Of a DNA stretch of 64,000 nucleotides, positions 19,205 through 28,870 are shown piece by piece. Positions within the stretch are counted from its first letter, which is position 1. The number at the start of each line of letters is the position of its first letter. Position numbers and translations under genes: made by a program. Source of the DNA: Candidatus Dormiibacterota bacterium (GTDB taxonomy: Bacteria; Chloroflexota; Dormibacteria; Aeolococcales; Aeolococcaceae); assembly GCA_963751755.1 (NCBI GenBank), contig CAVVVH010000004.1:5822-69821 (forward strand). Reading direction: 5' to 3'. The notes below the pieces were generated by a model that ran no database searches, was not told the DNA's origin, and saw nothing but the letters and a program-made list of their open reading frames with translations.

Positions 19205-20176
19205 ATGAGCGTCGCAGCGGCCACCCGCCCGCGCGTGATCACCATCGGTGCTCCCGTCGCAGGCGTTGCCCTGGTCGCCGCCGGGGCGGCGATGTGGGGC
19301 GCCGACGGTGCGTTGCGCGCTCCCCTCGTGGCGCACTGGTCAAGCTGGACCATCGTCCTCTTTGAGCACCTGGTGCTCACCATCCTGGTCGCCGGGCTGC
19401 TCGTGCGCCGCCGCGCCGAGATCGCACGTATCCCTCGTCGCACCTGGCTGGCGGTGCTCGGCGTCTCGTGGGGCGGGTCCGCGCTGGCCACGCTGGCGTT
19501 CACCTTTGCGTTCGTCTACGGCAACCCCGACGTCGTGGTGCTCCTGCAGAAGACCCAGCCGCTGTGGGCGTTGGTGGTCGCTGCGGTGCTGCTCGGCGAG
19601 CGTCCCCGCGCGCTGCTCGCCCCGCTGGGCGTTGCCGCCCTTGCCGGAACGTACCTTCTGTCCTTTGGGGCCACTTCGCCCGCCGCCGCGTTCGCCGGGG
19701 CACAGGGCAAGGCCGCCCTGCTCGCCATCCTCGCTGCCGCACTGTGGGGTTCCGCCACAGCGCTCGGGCGCCGCTCCCTGCGCGACATCCCTCCGGACAC
19801 GCTGACCGGTCTCCGCTTCGTCGTGGCTCTCCCTCTTCTCGCTGTGATTGCCGCAAGCCAGGGCGCGCTGGCGCCGGCTACGACAGCGCCGGTCGATTGG
19901 CTCCGCCTGGTGCTGCTAGCAGTCGTCGCGGGACTCATCGGCATGCTGCTCTACTACCGTGGTCTGCGCACGACGCCGGCGTCGCTCGCCACCTTCGCTG
20001 AGATGGCCTTCCCGGCGAGTGCTCTGATCATCAATTACGTGGTGCTCGGCGCCACCATCGATGCCGTGCAACTGCTCGGCTTCGGCATCCTGTGGGCGAC
20101 CATCGGCCTTCTCCATTTCGTGCCGGTCCGGGTGCGCGTGCACGATCCGTCGCGCGTTGCATCCGTCACGGGGTGA
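19205..20176 (+). CDS. EamA/DMT-family transporter
   Basis: In ORF 19097..20176 from MSVAAAT. It is a ~10-TM hydrophobic protein with duplicated EamA-like halves. Confidence 0.8.
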   Translation: MSVAAATRPRVITIGAPVAGVALVAAGAAMWGADGALRAPLVAHWSSWTIVLFEHLVLTILVAGLLVRRRAEIARIPRRTWLAVLGVSWGGSALATLAFTFAFVYGNPDVVVLLQKTQPLWALVVAAVLLGERPRALLAPLGVAALAGTYLLSFGATSPAAAFAGAQGKAALLAILAAALWGSATALGRRSLRDIPPDTLTGLRFVVALPLLAVIAASQGALAPATTAPVDWLRLVLLAVVAGLIGMLLYYRGLRTTPASLATFAEMAFPASALIINYVVLGATIDAVQLLGFGILWATIGLLHFVPVRVRVHDPSRVASVTG

Positions 20177-20853
20177 GCGTCGCGTCCACCGGGGGAGCCG
20201 GGCACGACCGGTGGCCAGGCAGCGAGCTGCGCGTCGTCATCGGTCTCAAGCGGCTCGCCGACGTCAAGCGACGCCTGTCACCCGACCTGACCCTGGAGGA
20301 GCGACGAGCGCTCATGCTGCGGATGCTCCATGTCGTCGTCGCCGAGGCGTGCCGAGCCGGCGTCGGCGCTGTGACCCTGGCCACCTCGGAACCCACCGCG
20401 CCCGACATCGTTGCGTCCCTGGGGATCGAGGCAGTGTCCGATGGAGGCCTCCCCTGGAATGACGGTCTGGTTCACGCGCTGCGTCACATGCAACCGCGGC
20501 CCGAGGCGGTGCTCTACCTCGCTGGCGATCTGCCGCTGCTGACCTCGGAAGAGTTGCGGGACTTCGTCGCTCAAGCCCCGTCGCGCGGCGTCGCCATCGC
20601 TCGTGCGCGTGATGGCGGGACCAACGCCTTGCTGGTGCGGCCGTCGGCGGCTATGCATCCACTGTTCGGCCATACGCGCAGCTCGGTGGCGCACGCCGCA
20701 CGCGCATCTCAGATCGGTCTGGAACACCGCACCATTGACATCGCAGGGCTGGCGCTGGACGTGGACACGGTCGCCGACGCCCGCGACGCGGGAGTGCTCG
20801 TGGGGGCGCTGAGCCACCTGGCGGTGCGCGACGACCAGCGGCGAGGGAGGTGA
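20173..20853 (+). CDS. cofC: 2-phospho-L-lactate / phosphoenolpyruvate guanylyltransferase (CofC/FbiD)
   Basis: In ORF 20092..20853; the GTG at 20173 overlaps the EamA stop (GTGA). VVIGLKRLADVKRRLSP...YLAGDLPLL...ARDGGTNALL follows the CofC pattern. Confidence 0.75.
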   Translation: MSVASTGGAGHDRWPGSELRVVIGLKRLADVKRRLSPDLTLEERRALMLRMLHVVVAEACRAGVGAVTLATSEPTAPDIVASLGIEAVSDGGLPWNDGLVHALRHMQPRPEAVLYLAGDLPLLTSEELRDFVAQAPSRGVAIARARDGGTNALLVRPSAAMHPLFGHTRSSVAHAARASQIGLEHRTIDIAGLALDVDTVADARDAGVLVGALSHLAVRDDQRRGR

Positions 20854-22112
20854 GCGGCGACGTCCTACGGCCGCATGACGTACCCGCGGACCTGACAGAG
20901 AGCCCGCAACCCGCGATCTCCCCGGTGCTTGCAGCGGTGGCGATGCTCCTGCTCGCGCTGAACCTTCGTTTGGGAATCTCCTCAATCGGGCCCGTGCTGC
21001 CACAGATCCTCCATGACCTCGGCGCGACCGTCGTGTTCGGTTCGCTGCTGACAACTGTCCCGGTGGTGATGATGGGATTGGCGTCACCTCTCAGCGGTCG
21101 CCTCGCCGACCGCTTCGGTGTCGAGTGGACAGTGATCGCTGCCCTGCTCGTCATCGGCGTAGCAACCCTCGTCCGGTTATGGGCGGTGACACAGTGGCTC
21201 TTGGTGCTAAGTGCGCTGCTGCTCGGCATCGGGATCGCCGCCGGCAACACCATGCTGCCGGCAATCGTCCGGCGGTACTTCCCGGTGCACGTGGCCCTGA
21301 TGACGGGGCTGTACACCGCCGGCATCAATGTCGGCGCGGCCGGCGCCGCCTTGGTCACGCCGCAGCTCACGCGCGGCGACGGCCCCACCTGGCGCGGAGC
21401 GCTGGCGACGTGGGCCATTGTTGCGGCCGTGGGTGTGCTCGCGTGGCTGGCGTTCGTTCGACAGTTCGCACCGCGCCGGCACCGATCACTCGCACAGGAC
21501 GCACGGAGGAGCGGCTACGCATGGCTGGTCGCCCTCTTCTTCGGCCTCCAGTCCATGGTGTACTACGGTGTGCTGGCCTGGCTCGCCCCCCTGTATGAGG
21601 AGCGAGGCTGGTCAAAGACGCAGGCTGGCCTGCTGCTCTCGGTGATGACCGCTTCCCAGATCGCCGGGTCCCTGTCCATCTCGTTCATCATCCAGCGTAC
21701 CGGCCGACTGGTCGCGGGCCTTCGTGCAACGGCTCTCCTGAACGCGGTGGTCCTGTTGCTCGTCAGCCTGACCCCGCTGTCTGCTCCCTGGCCATGGGCC
21801 GCGTTGCTGGGGCTTGGCACAGGCGGGATCTTCACGTTGGCCCTGACTGTGCCCATCATGGTTACCGACAGCGTCGACGCCGCGCGGCGGTTGACAGCGA
21901 GCACCCTCTGCTACGGCTATCTGTTGGCTTCCACAGGGCCGTTCGTGGTCGGCCTGCTGCGCAGCGCGTCGGGCGGCTTCACGTGGAGCTTCGCGGCGCT
22001 CGGCGGGCTGTGCCTGGTCGCACTGGTCATCGCACGACCCGTGACGACACCGCAGGTCCCGGTGTCGGGACGCCTCATGCCAGAGGACCAACACACGCAC
22101 CGACGCGCATGA
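20850..22112 (+). CDS. MFS transporter (CynX/cyanate-permease-like)
   Basis: ORF 20850..22112, 12-TM profile, GLASPLSGRLADRFG loop motif. Its start overlaps the cofC stop (GTGA). Confidence 0.8.
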   Translation: MSGDVLRPHDVPADLTESPQPAISPVLAAVAMLLLALNLRLGISSIGPVLPQILHDLGATVVFGSLLTTVPVVMMGLASPLSGRLADRFGVEWTVIAALLVIGVATLVRLWAVTQWLLVLSALLLGIGIAAGNTMLPAIVRRYFPVHVALMTGLYTAGINVGAAGAALVTPQLTRGDGPTWRGALATWAIVAAVGVLAWLAFVRQFAPRRHRSLAQDARRSGYAWLVALFFGLQSMVYYGVLAWLAPLYEERGWSKTQAGLLLSVMTASQIAGSLSISFIIQRTGRLVAGLRATALLNAVVLLLVSLTPLSAPWPWAALLGLGTGGIFTLALTVPIMVTDSVDAARRLTASTLCYGYLLASTGPFVVGLLRSASGGFTWSFAALGGLCLVALVIARPVTTPQVPVSGRLMPEDQHTHRRA

Positions 22113-22123
22113 GTCTCGAGCGC

Positions 22124-22152
22124 TTGACAATGCCTCGGGGCGGCAATATGCT
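22124..22152 (+). promoter_or_regulatory. Sigma-70-type promoter TTGACA-17 nt-TATGCT
   Basis: Near-consensus hexamers with 17-nt spacing sit in the 131-nt gap, 92 nt upstream of the SBP ATG at 22244, which has GGAGG 7 nt upstream. Confidence 0.45.
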
Positions 22153-22243
22153 CGCGGCCAGCCTTGGAGGCAATCGGTTTCCTTCTTGGCCGTGGCGAGC
22201 TTCGACCGGTGCGGATCGTCGGCTTGGTGGCGGAGGCGGCTAC

Positions 22244-23539
22244 ATGCACAACTTGTCCGGTCAGAGAGGGGTCAAGTTGCTGCTCGCCGTGCTCTTCTCG
22301 GCGACCGTCCTGAGTGCATGCGGTTCATCGAGTGGAACCGGCGGCTCTGCCTCCGTCCTGAGCATCGATGCCTTCACGCCGCTGTCGGGGCCGGAAGCCG
22401 TGTTTGGGCCTGAAAGCACGTCCGGTTGCCTGACCGGCATCGAAGTGGTCAACGCTGCTGGAGGGGTGCTGGGTCACCAGCTGAAGTGCGTGGCCACCGA
22501 CAGCCGCGGTGACGCCGCCGATGCGGTGCCCGCAGCCCAGCAGATGCTGGCCACCGTCCCGAACCTGGTTGGCATTGTCGGCCCCAGCACCAACGAGGCA
22601 CCGAGCACCGTTCCGATCTTCGAGAAGGCGCACATCCCGATGATCGCGCAGACAGGCGATCCTCAGTACGACCACGCCAGTTTCAAGTATTTCTACCGTT
22701 CCACCCCTGCGGACGACATCAATGGGCTGGCGATGGACGTCTGGGCATTCAAGCAGAAGGGCTATCGAAAGGCCGCCGCGGTCTTCGGCAACGACGTCGC
22801 CGGCCAGGGAGTGGTGCCGAACCTGGTGCGCGGGTTCCAGCAGCTCGGTGGCACCGTCGTCGCCAACCAGAAGCTTGCTCTCGACCAGAACTCCTACCGC
22901 ACCGAGGTTGCGCAGATCAAGGCAGCTCAGCCTGACGTGATCTTCACAGAGCTCGACCCCCAAACCGCTGCGACCTTCTTCGGCGAGCTGAAGGAGATCA
23001 ACGGGCTTGTGCCCGTGGTGGGGGACGGCGGCACCATCGGGTACCCCGCCTGGGTCACCGCGGTCCAAGGTGCGATCGGGGCCGACGCCATGGGCAAGTT
23101 CTACTCCGGTGTCCAGATCCTGAACCCCGATAGTGGTCCTGGTTACGACGCCTTCGCGAAGGCTGTCGTGAAGATCAACATCAAGAACCCGACGCAGTTC
23201 CTGCATGACCCGTACACGACCACCAACTACGATGGCGTGGTGGCGCTCGCGCTGGCCATGACGGCGGCCAAGAGCACCGACCCCACCGTCTTCAACGACT
23301 TCTTCGTCAAAATCGTTGACGGCACCTCTGGTGCGACAGACGTCCACACCTACGTGGATGGACTGGCGGCGCTCAACGCTGGGAAGACCGTCCACTTCGT
23401 GGGTTCGGCCGGCGTCATTCACTACGACCAGTTCCACAATGCCGCGTTGCCGTTCGAAGTGGACACGGTCAAGCCCGATCAATCGCTCATGCGCCAGGGT
23501 ATCGTCGCGGCTCGGGACGTCGCTGCGCTCGAGCAGTGA
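22244..23539 (+). CDS. ABC transporter substrate-binding lipoprotein (Liv/amide-urea Peripla_BP_6 type)
   Basis: In ORF 21794..23539 from MHNLSG, with lipobox LSACGSS. Confidence 0.85.
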   Translation: MHNLSGQRGVKLLLAVLFSATVLSACGSSSGTGGSASVLSIDAFTPLSGPEAVFGPESTSGCLTGIEVVNAAGGVLGHQLKCVATDSRGDAADAVPAAQQMLATVPNLVGIVGPSTNEAPSTVPIFEKAHIPMIAQTGDPQYDHASFKYFYRSTPADDINGLAMDVWAFKQKGYRKAAAVFGNDVAGQGVVPNLVRGFQQLGGTVVANQKLALDQNSYRTEVAQIKAAQPDVIFTELDPQTAATFFGELKEINGLVPVVGDGGTIGYPAWVTAVQGAIGADAMGKFYSGVQILNPDSGPGYDAFAKAVVKINIKNPTQFLHDPYTTTNYDGVVALALAMTAAKSTDPTVFNDFFVKIVDGTSGATDVHTYVDGLAALNAGKTVHFVGSAGVIHYDQFHNAALPFEVDTVKPDQSLMRQGIVAARDVAALEQ

Positions 23540-23587
23540 GGTGAGTGGGCCGACGCTGTCTCGCGCCCGGGTTCTTGACGGCCGATA

Positions 23588-24475
23588 GTGTCGCTCGTCA
23601 TCTCGTCGATCGGTTTCGGCTTGATCGCGGCCGCCATCCTGGCGATCGCCTCGGTTGGGTTCACGATGCAGTTCGGAATCACGAGCATCCTGAACCTTGC
23701 TTATGCGGCGGTGATGACCGCGTCAGCGTTCGTGGCATATTCGCTGAACAAGGCAGGTCTCGACATCTGGCTGTGCGCGGCAGGTGCAGCGATCTTCGGC
23801 GCCGTTTTCTCGATGTTGCTCAACCGTCTCGTCTACGCACGATTCGCACACCGAGGAACCGCGGCGGTCGGCCTGGTGATCGTCAGCATCGGTATCGGTC
23901 TGATCATCCAGTACGTCGTGGTCATCATCTGGAGCCCGAACTTCGTGAGCTACAGACTGTCGCAAGGAGCGACGCTTCAAGTGGGATCGCTGGTTTTCAC
24001 CGTTCTTCAACTGACCGTGATCGGCATCGCTCTGGTCGCCATGATCCTCATCCACGTGCTCCTCGCGTACACCAAGCTCGGGCGGGCGATGCGTGCTACA
24101 GCTGTCAACTCGTCGCTGGCGCGTGACTGCGGGATCGCCACCGACCGCATTGTCGACTTGGCGTGGCTGATCAGTGGCGCCATGTGCGGGTTGGCCGGTG
24201 TCACCTTCGCGATGAGCATCATCTCTTTCACCCCATCCAGTGAGCAGGGCTTTCTGGTGGTCGTGATCGCCGCAGCCATCGTCGGCGGCATCGGCAAGCC
24301 TTACGGAGCGATGCTTGGAGCGCTTGTCCTGGGTGTTGCAACGGAGCTCGCGGCGCTGGTGATCAACCCGGCCTACAAGGACGTCGTCGCCTTTCTCCTG
24401 TTGGCTGTAGTGCTCCTTGTCAGGCCCCAGGGCATCCTCTCCGGCCTGGCAACTCGCGAGGAGGTTGTCGCGTGA
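23588..24475 (+). CDS. ABC permease, LivH-like
   Basis: ORF 23588..24475, a polytopic membrane protein. Confidence 0.85.
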   Translation: MSLVISSIGFGLIAAAILAIASVGFTMQFGITSILNLAYAAVMTASAFVAYSLNKAGLDIWLCAAGAAIFGAVFSMLLNRLVYARFAHRGTAAVGLVIVSIGIGLIIQYVVVIIWSPNFVSYRLSQGATLQVGSLVFTVLQLTVIGIALVAMILIHVLLAYTKLGRAMRATAVNSSLARDCGIATDRIVDLAWLISGAMCGLAGVTFAMSIISFTPSSEQGFLVVVIAAAIVGGIGKPYGAMLGALVLGVATELAALVINPAYKDVVAFLLLAVVLLVRPQGILSGLATREEVVA

Positions 24476-25467
24476 GCTCCTGGCAGTACTACGCCTCGAC
24501 TCTGCTCGTGTTCTGGGGTGTGAACACCATCGCGGTGTGGGCGCTGAACTTGCAATTCGGTGTTGCGGGCATCGTGAACTTCGCATTCATCGTGTTCCAG
24601 TCGGTCGGTGCGTACACTGCTGCAGTCCTCACACTTGGTCCATCGTCGTCTACGGGGTATGAGCACTACCTGGGCGGCATGAACCTGCCCTTCCCTCTGC
24701 CCATCATCGCAGGCGCTCTTGCCGGCGCCGTCGTGGCGATCCCCGTTGGACTGCTGGGACTGCGTCGACTCCGCAGTGACTACCAAGCGATGATCTTGCT
24801 CATCGTCTCGCTGATCGCAACAGACCTGGCGTCCAGCCAGCCGGACCTGGTCAACGGGGCCGCCGGGCTGTTCAACATCCCTCAGCCTCTCAGCGACCAG
24901 CTCAACCTGTCGCAGCTCGACTACCAGTGGTTCTACGTCGTCCTGGTCGCGGTGGTGGCAGCCGTCGTGTATCTGTTGGTTCGGCGCATCACATCATCCC
25001 CGCACGGTCGCCTGCTGCGGGCCATCCGCGACAATCCCGAGACCGCGACCGCCATCGGCAAGAATGTCACCGCCAACCGCATGGTGGTCTTCGTCGTCGG
25101 CGGTGGTATCGCCGGTTTGAGCGGCGCGCTGCTGGCCAGCTACATCAGCGCCTGGGCGCCGGGCTCGTGGCTGTACCCTGAGACCTTCGTGTACTTGGCG
25201 GCGGTTATCGTCGGCGGCCGCGGGAACAACCTTGGGGTGCTCCTCGGCGCACTGATCGTCCCGGGGTTCGGTGAGGTCACGCGCTTCTTCCCTCAATTGG
25301 TCGATCCGCAGACCGCCGCCGCCATGGAATGGATCGGCATCGGCCTGTTCATGGTGGTGTTCCTCTGGTTCTGGCCGCGGGGGATCATCCCCGAGCGCCG
25401 TCGCCGTTTCGCCACGCCGCGACAGCCTGACCCCGTCCCCCCTGACAGCGCGGTGGCGACGGTGTGA
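24472..25467 (+). CDS. ABC permease, LivM-like
   Basis: ORF 24472..25467, overlapping the previous stop. Confidence 0.85.
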   Translation: MSSWQYYASTLLVFWGVNTIAVWALNLQFGVAGIVNFAFIVFQSVGAYTAAVLTLGPSSSTGYEHYLGGMNLPFPLPIIAGALAGAVVAIPVGLLGLRRLRSDYQAMILLIVSLIATDLASSQPDLVNGAAGLFNIPQPLSDQLNLSQLDYQWFYVVLVAVVAAVVYLLVRRITSSPHGRLLRAIRDNPETATAIGKNVTANRMVVFVVGGGIAGLSGALLASYISAWAPGSWLYPETFVYLAAVIVGGRGNNLGVLLGALIVPGFGEVTRFFPQLVDPQTAAAMEWIGIGLFMVVFLWFWPRGIIPERRRRFATPRQPDPVPPDSAVATV

Positions 25468-26579
25468 CCAGGTCGCATCACGTGCTCAAACGGCTCGACG
25501 CACGCGCTGGACTGCCCCTCGCCGAGCAACCGGGGGTGGGGCACAACCGGTGGCACCCCGACATCGAACCGCGGATCCGCGTCGCTCCCGGCACTCCCCT
25601 CGTCATCCAAACCCTCGATGCCATGGATGGCCAGCTGACCGAGGGATCGGACGCGACCACGGTGGCATCCTCGAACCTCAATCGCGTACATCCTCTCACC
25701 GGGCCAGTCCATGTGGAGGGTGCAGCTCCGGGCGACCTTCTCGTGGTGTCGATTCGCGCGCTCGAGACGCGGTCGTTCGGCTTCACCGCCCAGATCCCCG
25801 GGTTCGGCTTTCTGCGTGACGTCTTCCCTGAGCCTTTCTACGTTCCCTGGAACATCAGCGGCCACGTCGCGGAATCCCCGGCCATCCCGGGAGTGCGCAT
25901 CCCGGAATCGGCGTTCTTAGGTGTGGTCGGCGTTGCGCCCTCAGCGGCTCTGTTAGCCACGATCGCCGCCCGCGAGCACGAGCTGTTTGTGGGCGGCGGC
26001 GCTGTGCACCCGCCAGAGGCCGGCGACGCGGTGCCGAGCGACCCGGCGATTGCGGCAGCCGCGCTGCGAACCACCCCGCCTCGCGAGATCGGTGGCAACC
26101 TCGACGTCAAGCACCTCGGCGCCGGCTGCACGCTCTTCCTTCCCGTCTTTGTCGAGGGTGCGCGGTTTTCATGCGGCGACATGCACTTTGCGCAGGGGGA
26201 CGGCGAGGTCTGCGGCACGGCCATCGAGGTTGCCGGCGAGGTCCACCTCACCTTTGAGTTGCGCAAGGGGGCGGCCACAGGACGCAGGGCAATGGGCGCG
26301 TGGTTCGAAACGGCGCCGGCGACCAGGACTCGCGGCCACGTGTTCGCCACAACCGGCGGCTGCGTCGACGCCGCGGGTCGCAACTATTCGGAGAACGCCA
26401 GTCTGGCGGCCCGCAATGCGCTTCTGTCAATGATCGACCATCTCGTGGAGGACAGGGGCTACAGCGCACAGCAGGCGTACGCGATCTGCTCGGTCGCGGT
26501 GGATCTGCAGCTCAGCCAGGTGGTCGACGTGCCCAACTACACGGCGACAGCCATCCTCCCGCTGGAGATCTTCGCGTGA
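25464..26579 (+). CDS. Acetamidase/formamidase-family amidohydrolase
   Basis: ORF 25464..26579. NRWHPDI...HPLTGPVHVEGAAPGD...GGNLDVKHL...GDMHFAQGDGEV are FmdA/AmdA family blocks. Confidence 0.85.
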   Translation: MTRSHHVLKRLDARAGLPLAEQPGVGHNRWHPDIEPRIRVAPGTPLVIQTLDAMDGQLTEGSDATTVASSNLNRVHPLTGPVHVEGAAPGDLLVVSIRALETRSFGFTAQIPGFGFLRDVFPEPFYVPWNISGHVAESPAIPGVRIPESAFLGVVGVAPSAALLATIAAREHELFVGGGAVHPPEAGDAVPSDPAIAAAALRTTPPREIGGNLDVKHLGAGCTLFLPVFVEGARFSCGDMHFAQGDGEVCGTAIEVAGEVHLTFELRKGAATGRRAMGAWFETAPATRTRGHVFATTGGCVDAAGRNYSENASLAARNALLSMIDHLVEDRGYSAQQAYAICSVAVDLQLSQVVDVPNYTATAILPLEIFA

Positions 26580-28090
26580 CGCCTTCGGGGCCGGGCGCCG
26601 CGTTCGAAGTGGTCGAGGTGACCATCGATGAGATCCACGCTGCGATGCGGACCGGCTCGGTCACCAGCGCGGAGCTCGTCGACGCATACCTCGCGCGCAT
26701 CCAGCGCTTCAACTCCAACGGGCCGCGCATCAACTCGGTGGTCACTATCAACCCCGCGGCGAGGGACGAGGCCAGTCGGTGTGACCGGCATCTCGCGGAC
26801 ACCGGAGAGTTCATTGGTCCGCTCCACGGTGTGCCCGTGATCGTCAAGGACCAGGTGGAAACCGCTGGCATCGCAACATCTTTCGGGTGCATCGCGTTCA
26901 AGGACTACGTGCCGACGGCGGACGCCAGCATCGTCTCCAGGATGAGAGTCGCAGGTGCGGTGATCTTTGCGAAGTCGACTCTCTCGGACTTCGCGACATC
27001 CTGGCAGGGCATCTCATCTCGATCAGGGCTGACCCTGAATCCATACAACCCGGGCTTCGATCCCGGTGGCTCGAGCAGTGGGTCGGGCGCTGCCGTGGCC
27101 GCGAATCTGGCCACCGTCGGAGTCGCGGAAGACACGGGGGGATCCGTACGAGTGCCGGCCGCGTTCAACAACCTCGTCGGCGTGAGGCCGACGATCGGAT
27201 TGATCAGCCGAACCGGCCTTTCGCCGCTGGTGTGGTGGCAGGACACTGCGGGGCCGGTCGCGAGAACGGTTCGCGACGCAGCGATCCTGCTCGACGTGCT
27301 CACCGGTTTCGACCCGGAGGACGAGCTCTCCGCGGCCCTGGCCGCGACGCCGCACGTCGGCCGCTACTCGACTCAACTCGAGCTACGCCGCCTCGACGGT
27401 GTCCGGCTCGGGGTGATTCGTGAAGCGTTCGGGGACCCGGCCCACGCCGGCGTCGGCGAGGTGAACGAAGTCGTCGATACAGCGCTGCGCGAACTTGGTC
27501 AACTCGGAGCCGACGTTTTTGAGGTGACAGTTCCTGACCTCGCGTCCTTGCTCGACGAGACCGCCCTCTACTTCACGTCTTCCCACTCCGACATGAACCG
27601 GTTTCTCGAAGCTCGGCCGGAGGCACCGTTTAAGTCCATCGACGAGGTCTGCGCCTCCGGGGTCGTTCCCGCGCTCAACACGTTCCTGCCCGCGATCGCG
27701 TCCAAGCCTTTGCTGCGCGAGGACGATCCCGTGTACATGGCGAAGGTGCTCGCTCGTGGCCGATTCCAGCGCACGATGCTGAGGACCGCGCTGATCCACG
27801 GGGTGAATGCATACGTCTGCCCCACCGTGCGGATCCCACCGCCATCGCGCGCGGAGGTGCTCGATCCCACGTCCCATCTGAACACCACGATGTTCCCCAC
27901 CAACACCGAGATCGCAGCGCGCTCCGGGCTTCCTGCCCTGAGTATCCCGGCCGGCTTCACAGCAATGGGCTTGCCGATCGGCCTGGAGTTGATCGGGCGA
28001 CCATTCGACGAGGTGGCGCTGCTCAACATCGCCCTGGCTTTCGAGCACGCGTATGGACATCGCCGCTGCCCCGGTCTGGACGAGACGTGA
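26576..28090 (+). CDS. Amidase-signature (GatA-like) amidase
   Basis: In ORF 26300..28090, GTG at 26576 (GTGA overlap). It has GGSSSGSGAAVAANLA and the DTGGSVRVPAA signature. Confidence 0.85.
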   Translation: MTPSGPGAAFEVVEVTIDEIHAAMRTGSVTSAELVDAYLARIQRFNSNGPRINSVVTINPAARDEASRCDRHLADTGEFIGPLHGVPVIVKDQVETAGIATSFGCIAFKDYVPTADASIVSRMRVAGAVIFAKSTLSDFATSWQGISSRSGLTLNPYNPGFDPGGSSSGSGAAVAANLATVGVAEDTGGSVRVPAAFNNLVGVRPTIGLISRTGLSPLVWWQDTAGPVARTVRDAAILLDVLTGFDPEDELSAALAATPHVGRYSTQLELRRLDGVRLGVIREAFGDPAHAGVGEVNEVVDTALRELGQLGADVFEVTVPDLASLLDETALYFTSSHSDMNRFLEARPEAPFKSIDEVCASGVVPALNTFLPAIASKPLLREDDPVYMAKVLARGRFQRTMLRTALIHGVNAYVCPTVRIPPPSRAEVLDPTSHLNTTMFPTNTEIAARSGLPALSIPAGFTAMGLPIGLELIGRPFDEVALLNIALAFEHAYGHRRCPGLDET

Positions 28091-28869
28091 TCACCGAGAG
28101 CGCCGTCACGACTCGCCCGATACTGGAGGTCACCAACCTGCATCGGAGCTTCGGTGGGGTCAACGCGGTCGACGGAGCGTCCTTCAGCGTTCAACCAGGA
28201 CGGATCACGGGTCTGATCGGACCCAACGGCGCAGGCAAGTCCACCGTCCTTGCGGTGGTCGCTGGCACGTTGCGCCCCACGTCGGGCTCCATCCAATTCG
28301 ATGGCGAGGACCTGACGCGGGTGCCGGCGCGCCTTGTCCCTAGACGTGGTGTGGTTCGCACATTCCAGTTGCCGAGCGAATTCGCCCGCCTGACCGTGCT
28401 GGAGAACCTTGTTGTCGCAGCTCCGAGTCAGGTTGGTGAGAGCCTCCATGGGGCGATCTTTGCCAAGGGGCGTTGGCGTCGCCAAGAGGCGGACGTTGTC
28501 GAGCGCGCCCGTGGGCTGTTGGCGCGTTTCGACCTGGCCGACAAAGAAGACCTCTATGCGGGGCAGTTGAGCGGGGGCCAGAAGCGCCTGCTCGAGCTGA
28601 TGCGCTGCCTCATGGTCCGGCCGAAGCTGCTCCTGCTCGATGAGCCCATGGCAGGTGTGAATCCCTCCCTGGCACGTCGCATTGAGCGCTACCTTCTCGA
28701 GCTCCGTGACGAGGGCCTCACGATGCTGCTGATCGAACACGAGCTTGGTGTCATCGAGCGCGTCTGCGACCCCGTCATCGTGATGGCCGGCGGTCGCGTC
28801 ATCGCCGAGGGGCCAATGGACGACATCCGCCGTCGTGAAGAGGTGCTCCATGCCTACCTGGTCGGGTGA
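28087..28869 (+). CDS. ABC ATP-binding protein, LivG-like
   Basis: ORF 28087..28869. It has GPNGAGKST, LSGGQKRLLE and LLLDEP. Confidence 0.9.
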   Translation: MITESAVTTRPILEVTNLHRSFGGVNAVDGASFSVQPGRITGLIGPNGAGKSTVLAVVAGTLRPTSGSIQFDGEDLTRVPARLVPRRGVVRTFQLPSEFARLTVLENLVVAAPSQVGESLHGAIFAKGRWRRQEADVVERARGLLARFDLADKEDLYAGQLSGGQKRLLELMRCLMVRPKLLLLDEPMAGVNPSLARRIERYLLELRDEGLTMLLIEHELGVIERVCDPVIVMAGGRVIAEGPMDDIRRREEVLHAYLVG

Positions 28870-28870
28870 C

